Origin: Candidatus Bathyarchaeota archaeon
Lineage (GTDB): Archaea > Thermoproteota > Bathyarchaeia > Bathyarchaeales > Bathycorpusculaceae
Length of the DNA stretch: 64,000 nt
Direction of reading: 5' to 3'
Assembly: GCA_963775685.1 (NCBI GenBank)
Contig: CAVZJV010000014.1
Span: 448,001 to 512,000 of the forward strand
The notes under the pieces are model-generated. The model was not told where the DNA came from. It worked only from the letters and a program-made list of their open reading frames with translations, and searched no databases. Every line of letters begins with the position of its first letter. Within the stretch, counting starts at the first letter, position 1. This document shows, one piece after another, positions 19,112 through 30,006 of this stretch. Both the position numbers and the translations under genes were made by a program.

Positions 19112-20742
19112 CAGACTGTGTGAAAAGTCTCTTTCTATGCCTAGCTCCATTTACCGTTAAGCTTAAAGCTAGCTTCAGAACAACTGAAAAGCCATGAGTG
19201 AACATGTAAACGGAACCCACAGAGATCAAACAGTCCTTTTTCCCAACACCATCGACCAGTACGTAGACAAAGAAAACCCCGTCAGGTTCATCGACGCCTT
19301 CATCGACAGCCTAAACCTGGAAAAGCTTGGATTCAAACACTCCATTCCAGCGGAAACCGGAAGACCATCTTACAATCCCTCAGATTTACTCAAACTCTAT
19401 CTTTACGGATACCTCAACCAGGTGAGATCATGTCGCAAACTCGAGAAAGAATGCCACCGCAACGTCGAGGTCATGTGGCTCATGAAGAAACTTGCTCCCG
19501 ATTTCAAGACTATTGCTGACTTCAGAAAAAACAATGTGGACTGCATCAAAGGTGTATTCAAAGAATTTGTTTATCTCTGCAGGAACTTGGATCTTTATGG
19601 TGCTCAACTGATAGCGATTGATGGCACCAAATTCAAAGCCGTCAATTCCAAAAGCAATAATCTTAACGAGAAAACGGTCGCTTTGAAGCTCAAACAAACA
19701 GAAGAAAAGATAGCAGAGTACCTAAAAGAAATGGACCAAAACGATACGACCGATTCAGCAGAAGATGAAAATGTCAATGTCGATGAGCCCAACGAGAAAA
19801 TATGCAAACTTGAAGAAGAAAAGCAACGATACGAGCAGATTCAAGATCAAATGAAAGCAACAGGCCAGAAAGAAGTTTCACTTGTTGATCCAGATAGCCG
19901 TTTGATGCGGGTAGACAGTCAAAGGCTTGAAGTCTGCTACAACATTCAGACATCCGTGGATGCGAAGCAGCATTTAATCGTGGATTACGATGTTATCAAT
20001 AATTCAACTGACCATCACCAACTAGCGACGGACGCTAAGGCTGCAAAACAGGTACTTGGCGTTGATCAGCTCGAAGTTTTGAGTGACAAAGGCTTCTACG
20101 TTGCAAATGACCTCATTGAATGTGAAGAAGCTGGGATAACAGTGTTCATGCCGATTCCAGCTTTCAATCCGACTAAGAAGGTGGGTGTTCCAGAGCCTGA
20201 GTTTGGCTCTGAACGGTTTATCTTCAATGATCTGAAAGACGTTTACGTTTGCCCCGTTGGAAAGGAACTGGGATTTTGGAAGGGCAGTTTCAAGAGTAAA
20301 CCTGAAAATGGCAAGCGTTATAGAACAGTTTCTTGTGCTGATTGTAATTCTAGAAGTAGGTGCACTCGTAATAAGCGTGGCAGGATAATGGTGAGATGGG
20401 AGTATCAGGGTGCGGTTGATAGGCTCAGAGCACTGCTGATGAGTTCTGACGGAAAAGAGAAGGTGCGCTTGAGGAGGATTTTGGCAGAGCATCCTTTTGG
20501 AACCATGAAGCGGGCATTCAATCAGGATTATTTGCTCTTGAAGGGTCTTATAAAAGTCAAAGGAGAAGTAGGATTCACGATGCTAGCTTACAACATGAGA
20601 AGAGTCATCAATATTCTGGGAGTTGGTACGCTAATGGGTTTGATGAAGGCGTAAATAGAGAAAATAAGTGAACAATAATCCCAGACAAGAGCTTGAGTGC
20701 CAAATATTCTTAGGCTTTAACTGTAAGTTTTGACACAGTCTG
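19112..20742 (+). mobile_element. IS1182-family insertion sequence, copy 2
   Basis: IRs cagactgtgtgaaaagt (19112) and agttttgacacagtctg (ends 20742); perfect TSD CATT at 19108-19111 and 20743-20746. Confidence 0.92.
19194..20654 (+). CDS. IS1182-family DDE transposase
   Basis: Close paralogue of 5613-7073, intact 486 aa. Confidence 0.92.
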   Translation: MSEHVNGTHRDQTVLFPNTIDQYVDKENPVRFIDAFIDSLNLEKLGFKHSIPAETGRPSYNPSDLLKLYLYGYLNQVRSCRKLEKECHRNVEVMWLMKKLAPDFKTIADFRKNNVDCIKGVFKEFVYLCRNLDLYGAQLIAIDGTKFKAVNSKSNNLNEKTVALKLKQTEEKIAEYLKEMDQNDTTDSAEDENVNVDEPNEKICKLEEEKQRYEQIQDQMKATGQKEVSLVDPDSRLMRVDSQRLEVCYNIQTSVDAKQHLIVDYDVINNSTDHHQLATDAKAAKQVLGVDQLEVLSDKGFYVANDLIECEEAGITVFMPIPAFNPTKKVGVPEPEFGSERFIFNDLKDVYVCPVGKELGFWKGSFKSKPENGKRYRTVSCADCNSRSRCTRNKRGRIMVRWEYQGAVDRLRALLMSSDGKEKVRLRRILAEHPFGTMKRAFNQDYLLLKGLIKVKGEVGFTMLAYNMRRVINILGVGTLMGLMKA

Positions 20743-20851
20743 CATTCGGTTTAAAACCTAAAAATCTCCTTAGTTGGCGCTGCCATGGCTGACTATGCAT
20801 ATCGCCATTAGAATAAACATCAAACTTCTGATCCTATCTATCTTTGTCTCA

Positions 20852-21904
20852 TCAAGACATAGGACCGGAAGTATTCAGGTTCAGATACTTGGAAGCTAAT
20901 CGCCTCATTGTTTCAAAATGCAGACTAATAGCAACCTTGCCTTTATCGGTTATTTGTATGAAGGTGCGGGGTCCTCCTGCCGTTTTGAAGCCTTTACGTA
21001 CGGTTATGTAGCTAGCATCTGATAGAGCATTGACGCTGTAATTCAAAGAGCTTTTTGAAACTTGAACTACCATCAGGAGGTCTGTAAAAGTGATTTGTTC
21101 AACTCCCAAAAGAGCAAGCATAATTCCAACCCTCGTAAAACTGGATAAAACACCTCCTGAAGCAAATTCGGAAAGACTAACATCATCCTGTTTTCTTGAG
21201 GGTAAGGGGTCTGTGCTGAAGCTGTCCTTTGCGCTCAAGACTTGCACGAGCTCTTGTGGAGCTTCAAACGACGATTTGATGCCAGCCAATAGAAACACAA
21301 GAATTAGGGAAACCAAATAGGTCGTTGTATTTATTTCCTGGAAAAAAGAAAGCATCAGCAACGTTGCAGGAAAAACTGCGACCAGCCAATCTTCTATGCG
21401 CCAAGGAAGAACACTGTCCGCGGACTGTTTTGAAAAAACAAGAAAGTAATAGAATAGTACATAACCAACAAATGCAATCAGCACTACGGAGCCAAGAACT
21501 GCACTGCTCGTTACTTCAAATATTGCGGCAGCAACTAAAGGCAAAAGAACAAGAGCAGTTCTTGCACTCTCCAAAAGCCTATTTAATCTGTGCCTATGTT
21601 TTTCCTGTTTTTGTTCAAAAAGATCCATGACAAGCCGCATTTGATAGAAGCGGTTCATTCCTGCCAAACGAGAAAAAAACAAAATCCCCAAAACCAATAG
21701 ACCTACAGAAATTAGTATAGCATACAAGGGCGCGGATAAAGAAACTAAAACGCCCACAAGAATCGGCACCATCGAAAGCAGGGCATAATAAACTCCAATT
21801 CCTCGTCTGGCTCTAAACCTAAATATTGATAGTGCAATATTTTTCGGCTTCTGCTCTTCCTCTTCTAGTAACTTTGCAATGCTATTCCCACTCGCCTTAG
21901 TCAT
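20852..21904 (-). CDS. Membrane-bound transcriptional regulator (multi-TM plus C-terminal winged HTH)
   Basis: About 6 hydrophobic segments, then RVGIMLAL...TFTDL....VSKSSLNYSVNAL...PRTFIQITDKG (ArsR/MarR-like wHTH). Confidence 0.75.
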   Translation of the reverse strand: MTKASGNSIAKLLEEEEQKPKNIALSIFRFRARRGIGVYYALLSMVPILVGVLVSLSAPLYAILISVGLLVLGILFFSRLAGMNRFYQMRLVMDLFEQKQEKHRHRLNRLLESARTALVLLPLVAAAIFEVTSSAVLGSVVLIAFVGYVLFYYFLVFSKQSADSVLPWRIEDWLVAVFPATLLMLSFFQEINTTTYLVSLILVFLLAGIKSSFEAPQELVQVLSAKDSFSTDPLPSRKQDDVSLSEFASGGVLSSFTRVGIMLALLGVEQITFTDLLMVVQVSKSSLNYSVNALSDASYITVRKGFKTAGGPRTFIQITDKGKVAISLHFETMRRLASKYLNLNTSGPMS

Positions 21905-21958
21905 AACTTGTGGATAACCTTAGATTTCAAATTATCCAAGATACCTTTAAAGTAATGC

Positions 21959-21975
21959 TGTTCAAAAATTGAACA
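21959..21975. promoter_or_regulatory. Palindromic operator TGTTCAA-AAA-TTGAACA
   Basis: Perfect inverted repeat in the divergent regulator/ABC intergenic region, next to TTTAAA; related site at 31755. Confidence 0.65.
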
Positions 21976-22041
21976 ACTAGCCCCACTTAAATAAAACGCA
22001 CTTTTTCTAATATCAATACAGAACTTAAACCTAAATCGCGG

Positions 22042-22974
22042 TTGCTTAATATGATTGAGACCGAGAACCTTACAAGAAAGTTCGGTGACCACATTGCAGT
22101 CGATAACCTAACTCTTCACGTAAACAAAGGGGAGGTCTTTGGCTTTCTTGGTCCCAACGGAGCAGGAAAAACCACAACCATACGAATGCTTTGCTGCTTA
22201 ATCTCCAAGACCAGCGGCAACGCCAGAGTCGGTGGTTATGAGATTGGTAAGCCAGAAAATTCTCTAATGATTAGAAAGATCATCGGACTTGTCCCTGACA
22301 ATGTGGGTCTCTACGAGTCTCTTACTGCCTACGAGAACCTTGACTATTACGGGAGACTGTACAGGCGAACTAGCGCCCAGCGGAAAGAGAGCAACGCGCA
22401 CTTTCTAAAGTTGCTTGGACTCTGGGAGAAAAGAAACGCGCTGGCGGGGACATTCTCAAAAGGGATGAAACAGAAACTCGCCATAGCACGAGCACTCGTT
22501 CACGACCCCGAAATACTTTTTATGGACGAGCCAACTGCGAACCTGGATCCCGAAGCTGCGAAGGCAGTAAGGGAATTTATTCTTGATTTAAAGAAAGAAA
22601 AGAAGACTATTTTCATCAATACCCACAACCTTGATGAGGCGCAAAGAATCTGCGATAGAATTGGCATCTTGAATACCAGGTTGATGGCAGTAGGTACTCC
22701 TGAAGAACTTGAACGGTCAATCCACGGGAGAAAAACTGTGATTCAACTTAGAATAGTAAGTAAAGCTATCTTGGATTCACTGAAGAGACTGCAGGTTAAA
22801 AACTTAGTCAAGGAAAGCAACAAGCTTACGGTCGATGTCGTGAATCCCGAGGAGGAGAATCCTGACATAGTAAGTGCTATTGCCACTGCCGGAGGACGCA
22901 TCGAAACGGTTACGGTAACCAGCAGTTCGCTAGAAGATGCTTACCTAAAACTAGTGAGGGAGAACACACAATGA
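22042..22974 (+). CDS. ABC-2 type exporter ATP-binding subunit
   Basis: GPNGAGKTT, FSKGMKQK, FMDEP, THNLDEA. Confidence 0.92.
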   Translation: MLNMIETENLTRKFGDHIAVDNLTLHVNKGEVFGFLGPNGAGKTTTIRMLCCLISKTSGNARVGGYEIGKPENSLMIRKIIGLVPDNVGLYESLTAYENLDYYGRLYRRTSAQRKESNAHFLKLLGLWEKRNALAGTFSKGMKQKLAIARALVHDPEILFMDEPTANLDPEAAKAVREFILDLKKEKKTIFINTHNLDEAQRICDRIGILNTRLMAVGTPEELERSIHGRKTVIQLRIVSKAILDSLKRLQVKNLVKESNKLTVDVVNPEEENPDIVSAIATAGGRIETVTVTSSSLEDAYLKLVRENTQ

Positions 22975-23705
22975 CCACCTGGATGCCATGGAATATAGCG
23001 CGCAAAGAAATGAAAGTAATAAGCAGAAAGAAAAGCATCATCGCCTACACCATTATACTTCCCATTCTCCTCTCATTTCTTTTCTCGCTCATCGTCAAGA
23101 ACCAAATAATTACGTCCTCGGGGGTTATCTCGAATTATTCACTGGGTCTTGAATGGCTCACGTACTTCTTTGTTGTTTTGGCAGCTATCTTGCCTAGTTC
23201 GATTGCAGCATATAGTATTGTGGGAGAGAAAGTGGAGAAGACTTTGGAACCGTTACTTGCAACTCCTATATCCGATGATGAGATACTGCTGGGAAAAAGC
23301 ATCGCTGCATTTCTACTTCCTATTCTTTCAATCTGGATAGGCGCTTCAATTTTCATGGCAGCAACGGATTTCCTAACTCATAATGTGTTGTCGTTCTATT
23401 ATTTTCCCAATTGGACTTCGGGGGTCATTTTGTTCTTCCTCGCTCCTCTTGGAGCAATATTAAGTATTGAACTGTCTGTTATTGTGTCGGCGCGCGTTAA
23501 CGATGTTAGAGGAGCGAACCAGATTGGGAGCCTCATGTTTATTCCGTTCATAGTTTTCTTCCTTGCAGGCGTGGAAGGAATAATAACGTTCAGTATCGAT
23601 AACCTGCTGATCTTCTCGGGCATTTTATTGATCGCTGATGTTCTCCTGTTCTTTTTGAGCAAATCAACATTCAGGCGAGAAGAGATACTGACCAAGTGGA
23701 AGTGA
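22971..23705 (+). CDS. ABC-2 type exporter permease
   Basis: SIVGEKVEKTLEPLLATP...ILLGK; about 6 TM; ATGA overlap with the ATPase. Confidence 0.9.
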   Translation: MTTWMPWNIARKEMKVISRKKSIIAYTIILPILLSFLFSLIVKNQIITSSGVISNYSLGLEWLTYFFVVLAAILPSSIAAYSIVGEKVEKTLEPLLATPISDDEILLGKSIAAFLLPILSIWIGASIFMAATDFLTHNVLSFYYFPNWTSGVILFFLAPLGAILSIELSVIVSARVNDVRGANQIGSLMFIPFIVFFLAGVEGIITFSIDNLLIFSGILLIADVLLFFLSKSTFRREEILTKWK

Positions 23706-23714
23706 ATATAGAAT

Positions 23715-24890
23715 TTGGCTGCTAGAGCTACAGGAGCGGAACATAAAACCCGCCTTTATTTTGTAGACTACCTTAAGGCGGCACTCGTAAGCCTTGTAAT
23801 CCTGCATCACATAGCTATTACCTATGGCGCAAACGGATCCTTCTACTACACAGAGCCTGCCACTGACTCTTCTGCCTTGGGAGTGCTATCGCTTTTTACT
23901 AATTTCAATCAAGCCTGGTTTCTGGGGCTGTTCTTCCTAATTTCAGGGTACTTTTCCCCTGCTTCATTCGACCACAAGGGTCCCAGACAATTTCTAAAAG
24001 ATAGGTTGACACGACTCGGCATTCCACTGCTGATATTTTTCTTTGTGCTCAACCCAGTTACTGTTTACATCGCTTTTACCCATTTGCCTGCAGCGCAGGT
24101 TGTGGCACAGGGGATTACGTTTCCTGTAGCTTTGACATGGCAGTTTTACGTTCAGGCGGTCGGTACAGGACCTCTTTGGTTTGTGGAAATGCTACTGATT
24201 TTTGAATTCGCCTATGCAATTTGGCGTGTCACTGCCAAAAAAAGAGAGGCAAAGAAAGAAAATGGTTGCCCCTTTCCGTCTTACCGCAAAATCACCGTTT
24301 TCATTTTGCTGCTGGCAGCGACAAGTTATCTACTAAGGAGCGTTGTGCCAGCCAGTGCACAAGTGCTTGGGTTTCCCTCTTTGTTTGATTTGCCGCAATA
24401 TCTGAGTTTCTTTGTTGTTGGCACGATTGCTGCACGAGGCGACTGGCTACGCAAGCTGCCCAATTCCATGGCCAAGCGGATGTTTGGTATCGCGCTTATC
24501 GCATCGGTAACACTGCTTCTACTGGCGCTAATAGGCACAGAAGTGAGTTCACTTGGGTGGGGCAGCTTGGCTGGGTATGGGTCGTTGTCTTCGATGTTTT
24601 ATGCGCTGTGGGATTCAACTTTCGCCGTCGGAACCAGCATGTTTGCAATTGCACTGTTCCAACGTTACTTTAATTCTCCAGGAAAACTCTGGAGGTTCTC
24701 TTCTCAGCACTTCTACACAGCATACATTCTGCAAGCGCCAATAATCGTTATAATTACGGCTATTGTGCTCTCTTCAAGTCACATGGAATCACTGCTCAAA
24801 TTTGGTGTGGCATCGGTGATTATATTACCGCTGATTTGGGGAGCCGCTTATGTGGTAAAAAAAATCCCGTTCGCTAACAGAATTCTATAG
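23715..24890 (+). CDS. Acyltransferase family 3 membrane protein
   Basis: RLYFVDYLK....LVILHH, FFLISGYF, RL.RLGIP, GPLWF. Confidence 0.85.
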   Translation: MAARATGAEHKTRLYFVDYLKAALVSLVILHHIAITYGANGSFYYTEPATDSSALGVLSLFTNFNQAWFLGLFFLISGYFSPASFDHKGPRQFLKDRLTRLGIPLLIFFFVLNPVTVYIAFTHLPAAQVVAQGITFPVALTWQFYVQAVGTGPLWFVEMLLIFEFAYAIWRVTAKKREAKKENGCPFPSYRKITVFILLLAATSYLLRSVVPASAQVLGFPSLFDLPQYLSFFVVGTIAARGDWLRKLPNSMAKRMFGIALIASVTLLLLALIGTEVSSLGWGSLAGYGSLSSMFYALWDSTFAVGTSMFAIALFQRYFNSPGKLWRFSSQHFYTAYILQAPIIVIITAIVLSSSHMESLLKFGVASVIILPLIWGAAYVVKKIPFANRIL

Positions 24891-25249
24891 AAATGTACGA
24901 TGACCCTAAATTTTTAATGATTTTCTGGATTTGACGTCGATTCTAACTTTGTTTGTTAAGTAAGCCTGATCCATTCGGGTCTGAGACCCAAGGATACTTG
25001 CTCCTAATCGAGTGTTAGAGAATATATAAGAGGCTTCTAACAGAAAAGAGAAAGAAGTGAATACATCGAACTTCACTTCGAAACAATATTTTTTGCTCGG
25101 CAAGAATTGGAAAACTAACATACTTGAAATCCAATTTACCACTTATTTTTTTGGGTAAAAAACATACACTGAAAGATAAAGCAACCCAAAATATTCATAG
25201 GGCATGATGAAAATGAATAAATTCCCATTCTCAATAAGTATAGTAGGAG

Positions 25250-25654
25250 TTGATGTTTTTGAAGAAAATTGGAGAATTAGTTCAAGAAGCCGACTGGAAG
25301 ATGGAGAAGCATGTGCCAGTTATTGAATGCGCGGACTTTGTGAAGGCTGATGAGCTTTTTGAAGTTAAAGTTACCGTTGGCAGAGAAGTTGCTCACCCGA
25401 ACACTACAGAGCATCATATCAGTTGGATAACGCTATTCTTCTTGCCTGAAGGTGAAAAGTTCCCGTATCAGGTTGTACGCTATGAGTTTGGAGCCCATGG
25501 CGCTTCGGCGCAGGGACCGAACACAAGTACTGTTTATACGCATCATGCGGGGACTGGTTGGATCAAAACAGCCAAAGCAGGAACTTTCATAGCGGTTTCA
25601 ATGTGTAACATACATGGGTTATGGCAGTCTTCGAAAGAAGTTAAGCTCAAATAA
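25250..25654 (+). CDS. sor: Superoxide reductase (neelaredoxin / class II SORL)
   Basis: EKHVP, HPNTTEHHISW, CNIHGLW iron ligands. Confidence 0.9.
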   Translation: MMFLKKIGELVQEADWKMEKHVPVIECADFVKADELFEVKVTVGREVAHPNTTEHHISWITLFFLPEGEKFPYQVVRYEFGAHGASAQGPNTSTVYTHHAGTGWIKTAKAGTFIAVSMCNIHGLWQSSKEVKLK

Positions 25655-25817
25655 ACTCGTTTTTTGATACAGTAATTAATTTCCCTCTTCTTTTTTTCTT
25701 ATCTAATGTTATATAGATCCTTAGCTGTCTGTTGCGCACGCTTGAATGGTGCATTTCTAATTAACTCATTTTTCTTATATCTCACCCGTAAAGGTGAGAG
25801 AAAATTAAAGCTCCACC

Positions 25818-26180
25818 TTAGAGCAAGATGTGGTGTGTAGTGTTATCTGCGTTCCACAAACCCCACATAGTATTCTGCGGGTTTCTCATGACCACCCATA
25901 ATTTCTATGCAAAACCAGCACTGCCTCAGCCATAATTGCCCCAGCACCTCCATGGCATTCCGCACAACATCGTTCCAAGTGCTCAAGAGCTTGAAAATGC
26001 TAGTCTCCCAGAAGACCACACCATCACCGTCAGTGCATAATTAAAAACAACCAGATACTTAGCGCCACCTTCATGCGCCATAACCATTTGATTGTACATT
26101 TCGTCGCCGCTTGATAGATAAGGTGCATCTTGAAATTTCCAATTTAACATTTCACCCCAATCTTTGCCCTTGCGGGTTTG
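25818..26180 (-). pseudogene. Degraded fragment of a conserved archaeal hypothetical protein
   Basis: Frame-hopping peptide KDWGEMLNWKFQDAPYLSSGDEMYNQM...GAKYLVVFNY / AVLVLHRNYGW / MRNPQNTMWGLW. Confidence 0.4.
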
Positions 26181-26773
26181 CTACACCCCTACCCAACGCA
26201 AATATCTTGCATTGTTGTGTGGTTTCAGTCGAACTGTGCAAGGCATTATGCTTTTGGCTTGCCTTCTAAGTATTTTCTTTCAATGACCTACCTAATTGGA
26301 TTATTACGTTTGAAACTTTTATTTGCCTTCTCCTATTTTTTCGATCTTTGGGACTCAAGAATTTAACAGGGGAGATTTAACGACCACTTCTTTTTCTGTT
26401 TTGTCGGGGGATCCTATCCCCAAATTACAGTAAAAAAATATCAAGAACGAGCGGCACTGGACTTACCCCTCGAAACGGGTCTGGGTCTCTTTGCTCAAAT
26501 TTGCCGGTTAAGCCTGACGTCCCTGCAAATATCCAGCCTAAGTCAGATACGACAGGAAATTCCGTATAACTGGAAAGACGATGAAAAAAGTGGTTCCCGG
26601 AGAGTCGAATCTGCACCTCAATTGATAGACCGAGAATCCAGGAAATAGAGAACTGGCGCGGAGAGATGCTTTCCAGTTTCTATGTGTTTTTATTGTTAAT
26701 GCTTGCTAAGCCTGTTTCATAGGCCTTTCTTTGGGGAGAGTTTAGTATGTGTTTGCTCATTATATTTTTCTCT

Positions 26774-27170
26774 TTATTTCCATTTCCCATATTATAAGTG
26801 TCAAATCACCGTTTTCTTCAGTCTCAAGCTCGGATATCCCATTATTTTGTTTAATCGACCTAGTTTCTCAGAACTCGTTATATAATAAATTGCTTCTCGA
26901 AAGGAAGATGCTCGCCCCTTTCCGACAGCCACACTCAACCTTCTTATTCGCATAACTGCGACATCATGATCCAAAGTTGTTATTTAGTCCGTTTCATCTC
27001 TCAATCAATTGTCCGTTAGCCATCCGTGAAAAAACACCTGTCGACGCATATGCGGCATTAATTCCAAAAATCTTTCCTGTTCCATTAACTGTCATTTCAG
27101 TATGTTCCCCAGAGAGAAGTCTAACTCAGATATTTTGCCTCTAAAATCACCAATTAAATCACCAATTATT
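26774..27170 (-). pseudogene. Degraded hypothetical protein gene
   Basis: IGDLIGDFRGKI...EMTVNGTGKIFG...RMANGQL...W.WK remnants with several stops and shifts. Confidence 0.35.
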
Positions 27171-27333
27171 TCTTTCACCTTTAAAAAAACAAAACTTCAT
27201 AATTCAACTCTCAACTCAATTATGTTCGCTGTAATGAAAAATCATGTTACTTCAGACTGCGACAACAAAAATTTATTTGCATAGAATATTCAATGTGATT
27301 AGAACAAAAATTTTAGTTACACGACTGAAATGA

Positions 27334-27834
27334 GTGACTGTTATGACGAATAAAACTAAAATTAATGCCGAACCCGGAAAACAGGAGATTTTTATCGTCA
27401 GAGAACTTGATGCCCCTCGAGACCTTGTGTTCAAAACATTTGCAGATCCAAAGCTCTATTCACAATGGCTATGGCCAAGAAGGCTGACAACAAAATTTGA
27501 AAAACTTGAACCAAAAGATGGCGGAAGCTACCGATTTATCAACGAAGACGAAGAAGGCAACAAATTCGAATTCCACGGCGTTTACCATGAAGTTCTTGCG
27601 CCACAAAGAATTATTGGTACTTTTGAGTTTGAAGGCTTGCCGGAAAAAGGACACGTAAGTTTAGAAATCACTTTGTTTGAAGAGTTACCCAGTGGAAGAA
27701 CCAAGTTGACTTCTCAGGACGTTTTCATGTCAGTCGCTGATCGGGACGGAATGCTAAGCGGCATGGAAGAAGGAGTCAACGACTCGTACGACCGACTTGA
27801 AGAACTTTTGGCAACAATGAAAGCCAAACAATAA
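27334..27834 (+). CDS. SRPBCC/AHSA1 (START-like) protein
   Basis: [35 protein letters not shown]...SYDRLEELL. Confidence 0.88.
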   Translation: MTVMTNKTKINAEPGKQEIFIVRELDAPRDLVFKTFADPKLYSQWLWPRRLTTKFEKLEPKDGGSYRFINEDEEGNKFEFHGVYHEVLAPQRIIGTFEFEGLPEKGHVSLEITLFEELPSGRTKLTSQDVFMSVADRDGMLSGMEEGVNDSYDRLEELLATMKAKQ

Positions 27835-27848
27835 AGAGAATTAGCCTT

Positions 27849-27989
27849 GTGATTGTCAAGCGTGAAGAAGGATATTATGTTGTTTCTGAAAAAACAGAAA
27901 AGAATTTAGGCGGACCATACAAGACTTGGGAAGATGCTGAAAAGAAGCTTCATCAAGTAGGGTTTTTTAAGCATCAGAAATCAAGCTAA
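27849..27989 (+). CDS. 46-aa small protein (not in ORF track)
   Basis: MIVKREEGYYVVSEKTEKNLGGPYKTWEDAEKKLHQVGFFKHQKSS*, followed by T-rich terminator; resembles a small-protein pattern G.Y.V.S...KNLG......EA......FK. Confidence 0.6.
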   Translation: MIVKREEGYYVVSEKTEKNLGGPYKTWEDAEKKLHQVGFFKHQKSS

Positions 27990-28169
27990 TTCTTTTTTCC
28001 ACTCTTTTTTATCTCGTGGTTTTCCTGAGTTGTATGAATAACATCCATTTACGACTAAGAATAGTGGTACAATCAATATTCCTATTCATAATATATTTCC
28101 CACTAAGGGATGCGACGCGAAAAGCTATTAGGAGAAGCTCTGCAAATATTCTATAGGTGTTTTTAGTCC

Positions 28170-28550
28170 ATGAAAAAGAATTTTGAGTCGATTGATGAAT
28201 ATATTACTTCTTTTCCCAAGAACGTTCAAACTGTTTTAGAACAAATAAGGCAAGCAATTAAGGATTCTGCACCCAAAGCAGAAGAAACAATCAGTTACAA
28301 CATGCCAGCGTTCAAACTGAACGGCAACTTAGTCTGGTTTGGAGCCTTCAAGAATCACATAGGTTTCTATCCGCGGGAGTCGGCCATAGAGGAATTCAAA
28401 GAAAAACTGTCAGGCTATGAAGTAAGCAAAGTCCAAGGTACCGTCAAATTTCCATTGGACAAGCCAATGCCATTAGATTTAGTAAAGGAAATGGTAAAGT
28501 TCAGAGTAAAGGAAAACCTGAAAGAAACAAGCGGTTCCAAATATTCATGA
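28170..28550 (+). CDS. DUF1801 (YdhG-like) protein
   Basis: SIDEYI, APKAEETISYNMPAF, AFKNHIGFYP, GTVKFPLDKPMP. Confidence 0.85.
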   Translation: MKKNFESIDEYITSFPKNVQTVLEQIRQAIKDSAPKAEETISYNMPAFKLNGNLVWFGAFKNHIGFYPRESAIEEFKEKLSGYEVSKVQGTVKFPLDKPMPLDLVKEMVKFRVKENLKETSGSKYS

Positions 28551-28581
28551 TTCCAAATAAGACTTGCCAATCTCCATATTA

Positions 28582-28982
28582 CTACGAATATACCAGCTGT
28601 GTGATTTGTATTAAATTGCCACAAGTGTCATCCAGGACTGCTATGGTCGAAGGGATACCTGGTAGCTTCGTTGGCTGCATAGTAAACTTCACACCAAGCT
28701 TTTTCAATCGTTCATACTCTTTTTGGATATCATCCACAACGAAGTTAGAGTTGCGCGAATACTCTGCTTGAAGAGAGCTTCTTGATATGCCTTTGCAGCT
28801 GGGTTTTCATTTGGCTCAAGAACTAACTCGACACCATCCGGGTCTTCAGCCGAAGTAACAGTCAACCACCTATATTTTCCTGCTGTTATATCTGCCTTTT
28901 TTACAAAACCAAGGGCCTCAGTATAAAACTTTAATGCTCTGCCCTGATCACTAACGTACACACTAGTATATTTAATCCTCAT
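28582..28982 (-). pseudogene. VOC/glyoxalase family protein, frameshifted near 28750
   Basis: VYVSDQ.RALKFYT.LGF; continuation VDDIQKEYERLKKLGVKF...DDTCGNLIQI ends at TAG 28584-28582. Confidence 0.8.
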
Positions 28983-29195
28983 AAAAACACCAATTACAGC
29001 TAACGTTCTTAAAATTAATAATCTTTGCGCTAAGTTATCGGGAAGGTCAAGCTTACGTCAATTAACGCGCTTCAGACGGTTTGGGGGACGCCAGCAATGG
29101 CTTCAAAAAAAATTTAGACTGTTAAATTGAGGATAGGATCCCCCGTCCCAACACTATTCGAGCTTGAATAATCATTTAAGGTTCCGAACCCACTT

Positions 29196-29326
29196 GAGAC
29201 TGTGTAAAAACTAATTTCAAATTCAGAAAAATGATAGCTTTGTTCGAATAGTGTTGAAATATGACTATGATTTATGCATGTTACATAGCAATTTCGAAAG
29301 CTAAAATTTAGTTTTCACATACTCTG
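29196..29326. mobile_element. 131-bp non-autonomous MITE with IS1182 ends
   Basis: gagactgtgtaaaaact ... agttttcacatactctg match the IS1182 IRs; flanks accc-actt and attt-gggt. Confidence 0.75.
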
Positions 29327-29780
29327 ATTTGGGTCTAAACCCAGCGGCCCCATTCAAGATTCCAAAAAGGTTCTGGTTCAAGTTCATAGAGACTTACACC
29401 ATTCAGGGTATGAAACTATTGTGATTCTATCTTCTATCCGCAAACACCCATTAAGCATAGCCCTTTCCAATCGCGTACTGGAGAAAATAGATAAAGAAAC
29501 CTCAAAACAGAAAAGATCGAGAAGCTAATATGTAGAACTACATATTTTTTGCTCAGAGGAATTAAAATCTAAGCTTAAATAGAAAACGACGTCTTCCAAC
29601 TTTGGTGAAATGGACGAAACTGAAAACTGCTTGAGCTATCACTCTTCCAAATAACGCGCAGTAAACATAGTCTCTATCTTAATTACCGATTCTGCTAAAA
29701 GAATAAAAAATAAGAAAAAATAGGTCATTAGGGGAACTGACACCCAGCGGTCGAGGTCGTGCTCAGGGTGTGCCGCTAAT

Positions 29781-29972
29781 TTAGTTCTCTGATTTCTTCT
29801 GCCGCGGCTTATAAATAATGCCGGCAATAAGCAATACCACTCCAAAGATGGGTAATACGAGCGCTTCTTGGATGCCTTTTGCAAAAAAGAGGACGATGCC
29901 CAAAACAATTAGTACGGTTCCAAAAGCAAGGAGTCTCCCCTTATTTGTCTGATAATATTTACTCGGATCCAA
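29781..29972 (-). CDS. Small 2-TM membrane protein
   Basis: 63 aa, two hydrophobic helices, GGAGGTG SD, downstream of the permease. Confidence 0.65.
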   Translation of the reverse strand: MDPSKYYQTNKGRLLAFGTVLIVLGIVLFFAKGIQEALVLPIFGVVLLIAGIIYKPRQKKSEN

Positions 29973-30006
29973 TGTTCCACCTCCGCCCTCTTCGCTTCCA
30001 ACTTTG

